Origin: a bacterium
GTDB lineage: Bacteria > Calditrichota > Calditrichia > RBG-13-44-9 > J042
Assembly: GCA_015485355.1 (NCBI GenBank)
Contig: WFTQ01000035.1
Location: 19,572 to 83,571, forward strand
Reading direction: 5' to 3'
DNA: 64,000 bases
Shown one piece after another: positions 50,914-59,900 of the stretch (the stretch's first letter is position 1; every line of letters starts with the position of its first letter). Made by a program: the position numbers and the translations under genes. The notes beneath the pieces were generated by a model, which saw only the letters and a list, made by a program, of their open reading frames with translations, had not been told where the DNA came from and did no database searches.

Positions 50914-52335
50914 TCACGACCTTAACTCTTCCGGGGGTTGGATTTGATTTTCCGTAGAAGCCACCACCACCGAGGCGGTGAGATCACTGGTCACGTTGAT
51001 CACCGTTCGGAACATATCCAACAGTCGATCCACCGATAAGATCAGGGCAATGCCTTCCAGCGGAATACCCACCTGTTTCAGGATCATGACCAGCATTAAC
51101 AAGCCCACCCCGGGGGCTGCGGCGGTACCAATAGAAGCCAGAGTGGCGGTCAACACAATCATCAATTGATCCCCTACACCCAGATGAATTCCGTACACTT
51201 GAGCAATAAATATCGAGGCCACACCCTGATACAGGGCTGTTCCGTCCATGTTCACGGTGGCCCCCAGCGGCAAAACAAAACTGGCAATGTTATTGGATAC
51301 CCCTAAGTTCTCCTCGCTCACCTCCATCGTGACCGGAAGCGTCGCCCCACTGGAACTGGTACTGAACGCAATGATCTGAGCCGGACGGATGGCCTTGATA
51401 TATTTATAAGGCGAAATACCGCTGAAAGTGCGGGCAATGAAAGGATAAATCGAAGCCATAATCAACAATCCCCCCGTGGTCACCAGGGTGTATTTCAACA
51501 GAGTGAAAATAATATCCAGCCCAAAACTCCCCACCGCATCGGCAATCAGCGCAAAAACACCATACGGAGCGATCTTAATAGCAATCAACACAATCTTTAA
51601 CATCGCCTCGTTCAGGCCATCAAAAAAAGCAATGACCGGCCGGGACTTGTTTTCCGGGATGATGGTCAGGGCGATACCGGTAAAAATGGCGAAGAAGATG
51701 ATTTGCAACATTTTTCCGGAACTCAGGGCATCCACCGGATTGGTGGGAATAATATTTAATAGGGTTTCTGTAATGGAAGTCTTGCCCATCTGAGCCATTT
51801 TTTCACTGGCCTGTCCCTGATAGTTCTGTAACAATTGCGCCTGGGCTTCCGGGGATAAGCCGCTCCCCGGCTGAAATATGTTGGCCATCAGCAGGCCGAT
51901 CGTTATGGCCATGGCCGTGGTGCTAAGGTAATAAGCAAATGTTTTTATCCCGATACGGCCCAGCTTCTTCGGGTCGCCCAGGCTGGCCGTGCCCACGATA
52001 AGCGAAGCCAGCACCAGAGGCACCACAATCATTTGAATCAAGCGCAAAAATGCCGTACCCACGGGTTTTACTTCCGCAATTTGCGCCCCAAACTGTAAAC
52101 CCAGCACAACCCCCAGTACCATGCCCAGTAAAATTTTATTCAACAACTGGATATGCAATATTGTTTCGAATAGCAAAATCAGGGCAAGCACCAATGCCGA
52201 TGCCCGCACCATCTGGATGAGCGCCGGTGAAAAGGGATGCAGATTTTCCCCGGGAATCATATATCCCGCGGCTGCAAGCAACAGGCAAATTAAAAACGAA
52301 CCCACCACAGCGGGTTTTATCGGTTGATGGATCAC
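50914..52335 (-). CDS. dicarboxylate/amino acid:cation symporter (DAACS family, GltP/DctA-like)
   Basis: 473 aa. 8 TM helices plus re-entrant loops. Conserved …GATVNMDGTALYQ… and …SIGTAAAPGVGLLMLVMIL… motifs. Confidence 0.85.
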   Translation of the reverse strand: MIHQPIKPAVVGSFLICLLLAAAGYMIPGENLHPFSPALIQMVRASALVLALILLFETILHIQLLNKILLGMVLGVVLGLQFGAQIAEVKPVGTAFLRLIQMIVVPLVLASLIVGTASLGDPKKLGRIGIKTFAYYLSTTAMAITIGLLMANIFQPGSGLSPEAQAQLLQNYQGQASEKMAQMGKTSITETLLNIIPTNPVDALSSGKMLQIIFFAIFTGIALTIIPENKSRPVIAFFDGLNEAMLKIVLIAIKIAPYGVFALIADAVGSFGLDIIFTLLKYTLVTTGGLLIMASIYPFIARTFSGISPYKYIKAIRPAQIIAFSTSSSGATLPVTMEVSEENLGVSNNIASFVLPLGATVNMDGTALYQGVASIFIAQVYGIHLGVGDQLMIVLTATLASIGTAAAPGVGLLMLVMILKQVGIPLEGIALILSVDRLLDMFRTVINVTSDLTASVVVASTENQIQPPEELRS

Positions 52336-52909
52336 CGCCGGAGACCTCCTCCGTTAACCCATTACCCACTTCATTTAATCACAATACTAAAAAAAGAATT
52401 GTAAATAACAAAGCCCGTTGTGAAATTCTGCGGCCTTCAGGGAGTCCGGATTATGGGACATCGCACCGATAGCCGCCTTCCTGACGGGTGATCCTCAAGA
52501 TTGGCGGAATTCCGGCCCGTTCGCCGTCGCCGGCAAAACAAACCCGGAGGGATGTTCCAGATGGAACGGCCCGGTTTCCCCAAAAGGCCGTGGGTTCCGT
52601 GTTTTTCCTTAAAAAAAGAAATGGGTTGCCTGAGGTTTTTTCATGACCGATATTTTGACCAGTCATTCGTATGAATCTTTGACATTGCCGCAACCGCCTT
52701 TTTCGATTTTGTACTAAAGTTTTGCATGAATGTGCCGAAGGTCACAAACGGAACTTTATCCCATGTTCACCCGTTTTAGCTGTAGATGCGAATAGTTATG
52801 CGCCTTTTTCTATACTAACGACCGCACGGCGGTATATCTCCCCACGCAGGGAGGCAGAAGAAACTTTCAGGGAGGAAGAAAAACGGCCAACCGAAAAGAG
52901 GAGGCCAGT

Positions 52910-54433
52910 ATGAGATTAAATGACTGGCTACAACTCCGCACTTTTCAGCATCACCAATTTTCCGACCTTTCCTTACTGTATCAGAAGAAACGCAGCCTTC
53001 AAACCACCATCAGCCTGTGCCTGCCCACACTGAACGAAGAAGAGACCATTGGGCCGATTCTGAAAATTCTCAAGAAGGAACTTTATCACAAAATTCCGCT
53101 ACTGGATGAAATCCTTGTGATCGATAGCGGGTCTACAGACCGCACGGTGACCATTGCCCGCAAACAGGGTGTGGAGGTTTATTTTGCCGGCGAGGTATTG
53201 AGGGAGTATGGCAGCGTTCGCGGTAAAGGGGAAAATCTCTGGAAATCCGTTTATTTAGCCAAAGGCGATATCATCATCTGGCTGGATACGGATATTCAAA
53301 ACATGCACCCTCGATTTGTGTACGGGTTGCTGGGGCCGTTGCTGTTCCAGAAAGAAATCGGTTTTGTGAAAGGATTTTATCGGCGCCCCATTAAAGTGGG
53401 GAAGAAGCTTCAGCCGGTAGGCGGGGGCCGGGTAACCGAGATACTGGTCAAACCGTTTTTCAATTTGCTTTTCCCCCAGTTGTCGGTATTTCAACAGCCT
53501 TTGAGCGGCGAATACGCGGGCCGGCGGGAAATTCTGGAACGAATCCCCTTCTTCACCGGCTACGGCGTGGAAACCGGACTGCTGATTGATATTGAGGACC
53601 GTTTCGGTCTTCACCGCATGGCTCAGGTGAATCTGGACGTCCGGGTACACCGCAATCAGGAACTCCAGGCACTGCGCAAAATGGCGACGGGCATTTTACG
53701 GGTACTGTTTACCCGGGCGGAACAGCATGGCAAACTGGTATTAATGGAGACCTTAAAACCTCAGTTGATGAACCTGATTCAGGGCGACCAGCAACAGCTG
53801 GAACTTGTTGTTCAGGACTTACAGGAATTTGAACGTCCGCCCATGATTTTACTGGAACCCTATCAACGGTTACGCGGGCTGGAAGAAGAAGACCTGGTCA
53901 TCATCGAGGAAATTCAGAAAAAACGGCGCTATCCGTTTACCACCTTCAGCCCGTTTTTGGATCCCCGCCTGGTCATTCTGGAAGGTACCGCCCGCAACAA
54001 GGACGAGGTGCTTTCGGAAATCAGCCAGTACCTGACTCAGACGGGGATCGTCAGCAATCGGGCGCAACTGCTCCACGAATTTTACCGGCGGGAAAACTCG
54101 TTGACAACAGGCATAGGCAGTGGCATCGCCATTCCCCATGCCATTTTTCCTGAGGTAAACCACATTAAGATTCTGATTTACCGAAGTCGTTTCGGCGTGG
54201 ATTTTCATTCCTTAGATGGACAACTGGCTCACCTTATCTTTGCGGTGATTGCGCCGGTCACGCGGCGACGCCAATACCTGGAAATTCTGGCCAGTTTGTC
54301 CAACATTCTGAAAGATCAGCGTTTCCGGGAACTCTTGATGCGGGCCCGCTCGCGGCAGGAAATCATTCAAATCCTGAGAAAAGCCGAAGTGGTGAAGCGC
54401 ATCGCCCACGAACTGCAACTGGTTGAAAGCTAA
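52910..54433 (+). CDS. GT81-type glycosyltransferase (glucosyl-/mannosyl-3-phosphoglycerate synthase-like) fused to a C-terminal PTS EIIA type-2 (PtsN/EIIA-Ntr-like) domain
   Basis: N-terminal roughly 330 aa: LPTLNEEETIGPIL…IDSGSTDRT…WLDTDI, a GT-A fold with a DxD motif as in GpgS/MpgS. C-terminal roughly 150 aa: …LTTGIGSGIAIPHAIF…HLIFAVIAP, the EIIA-2 signature with the phosphorylatable His. GAGGAGG RBS 7 nt before the ATG. Confidence 0.7.
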   Translation: MRLNDWLQLRTFQHHQFSDLSLLYQKKRSLQTTISLCLPTLNEEETIGPILKILKKELYHKIPLLDEILVIDSGSTDRTVTIARKQGVEVYFAGEVLREYGSVRGKGENLWKSVYLAKGDIIIWLDTDIQNMHPRFVYGLLGPLLFQKEIGFVKGFYRRPIKVGKKLQPVGGGRVTEILVKPFFNLLFPQLSVFQQPLSGEYAGRREILERIPFFTGYGVETGLLIDIEDRFGLHRMAQVNLDVRVHRNQELQALRKMATGILRVLFTRAEQHGKLVLMETLKPQLMNLIQGDQQQLELVVQDLQEFERPPMILLEPYQRLRGLEEEDLVIIEEIQKKRRYPFTTFSPFLDPRLVILEGTARNKDEVLSEISQYLTQTGIVSNRAQLLHEFYRRENSLTTGIGSGIAIPHAIFPEVNHIKILIYRSRFGVDFHSLDGQLAHLIFAVIAPVTRRRQYLEILASLSNILKDQRFRELLMRARSRQEIIQILRKAEVVKRIAHELQLVES

Positions 54434-54832
54434 ATAGCGCCCCGCCTGTTCCAGTTCCACCAGCCTCAACTTCAGCCGTACCAGCGCCTGCACAATCGCC
54501 TCCGGCAAATCGGTGTGTTGTTCTAAAGGAACGGCCACGTTTTCCGCCGCCGTTAGGGAATTCAATAAAGCGCCATTCTGAAACAGTACCCCCATGCGCA
54601 AGGCCAGCTGCTGTTTGTCCGGCTCTTCCAGGGATGTCAGTGCCTCGCCCCGTACAACCACCCGTCCCTCCTGAACCGGGTACAATCCGATCAAGTGCTT
54701 TAACACCGTGGTCTTCCCGCAACCGCTGCCGCCTATTATCACCGTGATTTCATTGGCATAAACGGTGAAAGACACCTCTTGCAGCACCTGCCGACCTCCC
54801 AAAACTGCCGATAATCCGGTGACCTGAATCAT
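54434..54832 (-). pseudogene. 3'-truncated ABC-transporter ATP-binding protein (MlaF/MetN-like N-terminal half only)
   Basis: MIQVTGLSAVLGGRQVLQEVSFTV…IIGGSGCGKTT (Walker A)…GVLFQNGALLNSLTAAENVAVPLEQ (Q-loop)…LVELEQAGRY. Similarity stops where the ABC signature LSGGQ, Walker B and H-loop should follow. The break falls at the TAA stop (54431-54433) of the convergent GT-EIIA gene. The listed ORF 54212..54985 extends on both sides only as antisense or non-homologous sequence. Confidence 0.6.
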
Positions 54833-55033
54833 CTTTGCATGGGAAGAATCCACGGGTCGCTGTCTCCTGTTTTCCCGTCGGTAAAAGATCAGGCCCAGAA
54901 TGCTATCCGCAACAATGACCAGAACGATGGCCCCTACCACCGCCCACCGACGATCGGCGTCGATCAGAAACAGTTCCATATACAAATGGGCGACAAACTT
55001 GCCTTTGACCCTGCGAACCTCCAGCCGATGGAC

Positions 55034-55435
55034 CTACCCTTTTATCCGATAATCGGGCAGGGAGCGCCAGGCTTCCCCGGATACCTCTCCAAAAACGGCC
55101 GCCCTTTGAATAAATTTTTCTACCGGGGCGGTAATGATCTCAGCCGGGGAACCGGCCCATTGATGATACACAAAATAAGAGATTTCATGATCTTTTTCCC
55201 GGACGGCGATGCGGCGTCCCCCAAAGGCCGAAGAAATACTGACTAGCAAAATTTCGGCCACCTTTTCCGGTCGCATGGGTTCGGAAAGCGCCTGATGCAC
55301 CAGTAATTCCGGCAGTTCGATCAGGCAATATTTATGCACCACGGCCTTTTTGCCACGTCCCACAAGTACCAGGACGGAAACACCCCCAGTAACGGCCGTC
55401 ACCATCGATCCATCCCAATCTATCCCAACGTTCAA
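55034..55435 (-). CDS. hypothetical protein (133 aa), no family recognised
   Basis: An ORF with protein-like composition, divergently arranged with the GT2 gene across an AT-rich promoter region. Confidence 0.35.
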   Translation of the reverse strand: MNVGIDWDGSMVTAVTGGVSVLVLVGRGKKAVVHKYCLIELPELLVHQALSEPMRPEKVAEILLVSISSAFGGRRIAVREKDHEISYFVYHQWAGSPAEIITAPVEKFIQRAAVFGEVSGEAWRSLPDYRIKG

Positions 55436-55527
55436 TGGGTGTAAAAAATTATTTCGATAACCAAATTTTAAGGTTTATCCTTAAATTAATCCACTAAGAA
55501 ACGAACTCAAAAGAATATTCGGGGCCG

Positions 55528-56640
55528 ATGGGGTTGGTGGGTGTTCTGGCGATTGGATGCCTTTTGCTTTATTTAGGCCTGTGCCTTTATTTTCAGGGTG
55601 GCCTGCCTTACCTGCCGCTTGCGCCGCGGTCCTATCGTAAAATTTCCATTCTGGTGGCGGCACGCAATGAGGAGCATCACCTTTCCGCTTGCCTGGACAG
55701 TCTTGCACAACTCCATTATCCCCCCCGGTTTTTGGACATCTGGATCGTGAACGACCGCTCCACCGACGCCACGGCCGATATCGCCCGGGCATTTTGCGAC
55801 CGCTATCCTCACTTCCACTTACTGAACATTCAAACCGAACGGGAGGGGCTGCGGGGTAAAATGAATGCCCTGGCCCAGGGGATCGATCGCTGCCGGGGTG
55901 ACATTATCCTGATCACCGATGCCGATTGCCGGGTGCCGCCCAACTGGGTGCACCATTATAACGCCCTGTTTGATGACCGCACAGGAATGATCGCCGGAAT
56001 GACTGTGCTGGAACCCCATGAAAAGCCGCCCCGATTTTTCGATCGTCTACAAGCCCTGGATCTGATCTATCTTCTGACCATCGCAGCAGCCTCCTGCGAA
56101 CAACGCCGTCCCGTAACCGTACTGGGGAACAATTTCGGTTTCCGCAAGGCCGCTTATCGGGCGGTAGGCGGTTTTTCCGGCATTGGATACTCCATTACGG
56201 AAGATATGAAGCTGATGCAGGCGATCGACCGCCGAACCGACTGGACCATCCGCTACCTATTATTACCGGAAACAGCCGTCCGAAGCGAGCCCTTGACCAA
56301 CCTTTCCGCCTTTTATACTCAACGTAAACGCTGGATCATTGGGGGGAAAGCCACCCGTCCCTGGGGATACTTCCTGGTCAGCATCAGTCTGCTTACCCGG
56401 CTTGCGGCCACCGCCATCCTGCTTGCCTGGCCCACCCAACCCGTCGGCTGGTTCCTGCTCGGGGGCGTCCTGCTGGGGGATGTCAGCCTGCTGTTGCGGA
56501 TACTCCGCCGCTTTCGGAAGCTTTCTCTACTGCGATATGTTATGATTTTCGAAATTTTCCACACGCTTTACCTGTTTCTGTTCACCCTGCTGGCCCCCTT
56601 TTTCCGGCAGGTGGATTGGAAAGGTCGGCGTCACCGGTAA
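55528..56640 (+). CDS. membrane-anchored GT2-family glycosyltransferase (processive beta-glycosyltransferase-like)
   Basis: 370 aa. An N-terminal TM helix, then SILVAARNEE…DADC (DxD)…QRKRW (QxxRW), and C-terminal TM helices. Confidence 0.75.
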   Translation: MGLVGVLAIGCLLLYLGLCLYFQGGLPYLPLAPRSYRKISILVAARNEEHHLSACLDSLAQLHYPPRFLDIWIVNDRSTDATADIARAFCDRYPHFHLLNIQTEREGLRGKMNALAQGIDRCRGDIILITDADCRVPPNWVHHYNALFDDRTGMIAGMTVLEPHEKPPRFFDRLQALDLIYLLTIAAASCEQRRPVTVLGNNFGFRKAAYRAVGGFSGIGYSITEDMKLMQAIDRRTDWTIRYLLLPETAVRSEPLTNLSAFYTQRKRWIIGGKATRPWGYFLVSISLLTRLAATAILLAWPTQPVGWFLLGGVLLGDVSLLLRILRRFRKLSLLRYVMIFEIFHTLYLFLFTLLAPFFRQVDWKGRRHR

Positions 56641-56967
56641 GGCCGGGGGCGCTATGGGGGGCCTCTTCCGGGATCGGGACCCAGCCGTGTGTGCACCAAT
56701 GACCTCCGAAAAAAGTTTTTTCCAAAGCCGTTGCATCACCATTTTTGCAGCCTTTAATTAAAGTCAATCCGGGTATTTTCCGAGAATGTTTGCGGAACCG
56801 TTGTCTTTTGCCTCCTGCCGGCAGCCCATAAAATTTTATGAATACAGGCGGTTAAAAGCTCATATTTTTGCAAATTCAGCCGATTCATATTTAATTAAAT
56901 TTAGGGGGAAGTCGGGTTCTTTGAATGTTTAGGGGATAACCAACGATTCAAAAATCAGGGTAAAGCT

Positions 56968-59900
56968 ATGATAAAACAAGGTATGGTCTTACCCGGAATC
57001 ATTCCCGTCAACCTGTGCGTTTGCCTTTTCCTGATGTTGTACCCCTTCCACGTAGCCGCCCAAAAATATTATTTCCGAAATTATAACGTCGAGGATGGAC
57101 TGGCCCAATCGCAGGTGTTGTCCATTAATCAGGATATCAACGGATATCTCTGGTTTGGTTCCTTCGACGGTCTATCCCGCTATGACGGTTATACCTTTAC
57201 CACCTTTTCCCGGAAAGACGGATTGGCCAGCAATTCCATTACCACCTCATTTCAGGATGAGGACGGTAAAATCTGGTTTGGTCATCCGGGTGGAAAAATC
57301 ACCATTTACGATCCCATCACCGAGCAGTTTACCATTTTGACCCTCAGTGAACTGCCCACCCGCTCGGATATTCGCAAGATTTATAAAGACAGTCGGGGGA
57401 TATTCTGGATCGCCAGCCAGGCCCGCAAGGTTTTCACCATCAAAAACGGTTTGATTTCCGAGTTCAACAGCGAAGATCACATCCTGGATACCAATGTACT
57501 GGACATTGTGGAAACCCCCAAAGGGGAAATCTGGTTTTCCACCCGAAAGGGTATTGTGGTGTACGATCCCGTCCGGAACAGTTTTTCTCTGATGACCACC
57601 AAAGACGGCCTATGGACCGATTACGTCGGGGTGCTGTTCCGCGATTCCCGGGGGAACATCTGGATCGGTTACAATATAGGGCGAATCTCCGTTTATCACG
57701 CCAATCCGCTGCATCCCCGTTTCGGAGAATACGACCACATGGAATTGCCGGATGTCAAAGACAATTTTGTGAATGTCATCTACGAGGATCGGAATCAAAC
57801 CCTCTGGCTGGGGAGCACCACTTCCGGGGTATTGAAGTATTTGCCCCCCACCCCGGAACACCCCCAACCCTCTTTCGAAATCATTTCCGAAAAAAACGGC
57901 TTGAGCAAAAATCGGGTGCTCTCCATTTTACAGGATCGAGAAGGCAACCTCTGGTTCGGCACCTCGGGCGGGGGTGTGTGCCAGTTTCGGGGAAAACGCT
58001 TTGAAATCTATGGGGTGGAAGAAGGCCTCATCGATCCCATCGTATGGTCAATCATGCAAGATCACCAGGGCAATTACTGGATCGCCACCGACATGGGCGT
58101 TACTTTTTTCCCCTTAAAAAACGACAAACTGGACCTGGAAAATTACAAATCAATCAGCGTCCAGGACGGCATTCCCGGATACCACGTCATTACCATGCTG
58201 GAGGACCAGAAGGGACGCATCTGGTTTGGCACGGCACGGAGTGGCATCGGCATTTACGATCCCGGAACAGGAACATTTGAATACATGAATATGAAAAACG
58301 GCCTCCTGCCCGTAAATGCCGTTTTTCATCTAAAACAGGATCAAAACGGCCGCATCTGGATGGCCACTTTCGGTGCCGGTGCCCTTCGCTATGACGTGGA
58401 TACCGGGGAAACCTTGCAGCTGACCACTAAAGAGGGTTTGAGCAGCAATTTTATTAACTCCGTTTATATCGATTCCCGCGGAGAGGTCTGGTTTGCCACC
58501 GATGGAGGAGGGGTATGTAAATTCGACGGCGATAGCATTACCCATTACACGCAAAAGGACGGGTTGACCGCAGAAACCATCATGTCTATAACCGAAGACG
58601 CCAACGGCAATATGTGGTTTGGTTCCTCCGGGCATGGGCTTTTCAGCTTTGATGGAAAAAAATTCTTAAACCTGACCGATCAGGATGGACTCAGCGGTAA
58701 TTTGATTTACTCCATTCTGGCGGACGGAAACACGCTGTGGATTGGCAACACCCGGGGTATCGATCGGTTGAACTTAAAGGACACCACTTTTTATCATTAT
58801 GGGAAGCTGGACGGGGTGCTGGGACTGGAAAATAATCAGAATGCCATTTACAAAGATCGTTACGGGAACATCTGGTTCGGCACCATTGCCGGGGCCATCA
58901 AATACAATCCCCGGGAAGATCGGCCCAACCTAATTCCACCGACCTTGCGCATCACGTCGGTGAAATACTTTTTATACGATGAGCCGGTACCGGCGAGCGC
59001 AAAAATTCCGTATTCGAAAAACGATATCAAAATCTACTATACCGCGCTAAGCCTGAGTGTTCCGGAAAAAATCCTTTACAAATACAAGCTGGAGGGCTTC
59101 AGTGAAGAATGGTCTCCTCCCACCACCGAACGATCGGCCGCTTTTTCCAACCTCCCTCCCGGAGAGTATGTTTTTAAGGTAATTGCCTGCAACAACAACG
59201 GGATCTGGTCGGAGGATGCGGCCCAGTACGTATTCACCATCCAGTCGCCCTTCTGGCAAAAGGCCTGGTTTATCTTGCTGGTCATCGGTACGCTCACCGC
59301 CGGCGCTTTTGGTCTGCACCGCCAGCGGGTGCGGCGCATTGAACGGGAGAATCTGATCCTGGAAGAACGGGTTCGGACCCGCACCCAAGAACTGCTGGAA
59401 GAGAAAGAAAAAGTAGAGAAAGCTTATCAAGCCCTTCAGGAAAGCGAGGAGAAGTTCCGTGCGCTGGCGGAAACCACCCCCAGCGCCATTTTCATCTATC
59501 AGCAGTCGCAATTCAGATATGTAAACCCGGCCACCTGCCAGATTACGGGGTATTCCCAGGACGAAATTATGAAGCTGAAGTTCTGGGAAATCGTTCACGA
59601 AGATTACAAGGAAATCGTTCGTCGGCGGGGCTTGTTGCGTCAGACGGGAACTCCGGTACCTAACCGGTATGAATTTAAAATTGTAACCAAAGACGGCAAA
59701 GTGAAATGGATCGATTTCACCGCGCGGCCGATCATCTATAAAAATCAGCCGGCCGCCCTGGGAACCGCCTTCGACATTACCGACCGGAAAATCACCGAAG
59801 AAAACTTAATGCGCACCGAAAAGCGCCTCCGCAATGTGCTGTCCAATGTGGATGCTTACCTATGGAGCGCCCGCATCAATGGGAAAGGCACCATTGAATA

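Noticed and set aside
54212-54433. Distal part of the listed 257-aa minus-strand ORF (54212..54985)
   Set aside because: Beyond 54434 the frame is just antisense to the well-supported EIIA domain and has no ABC signature or Walker B. Only the proximal part is a real ABC ATPase remnant, and the first 50 codons or so (54833..54985) are probably untranslated upstream sequence.
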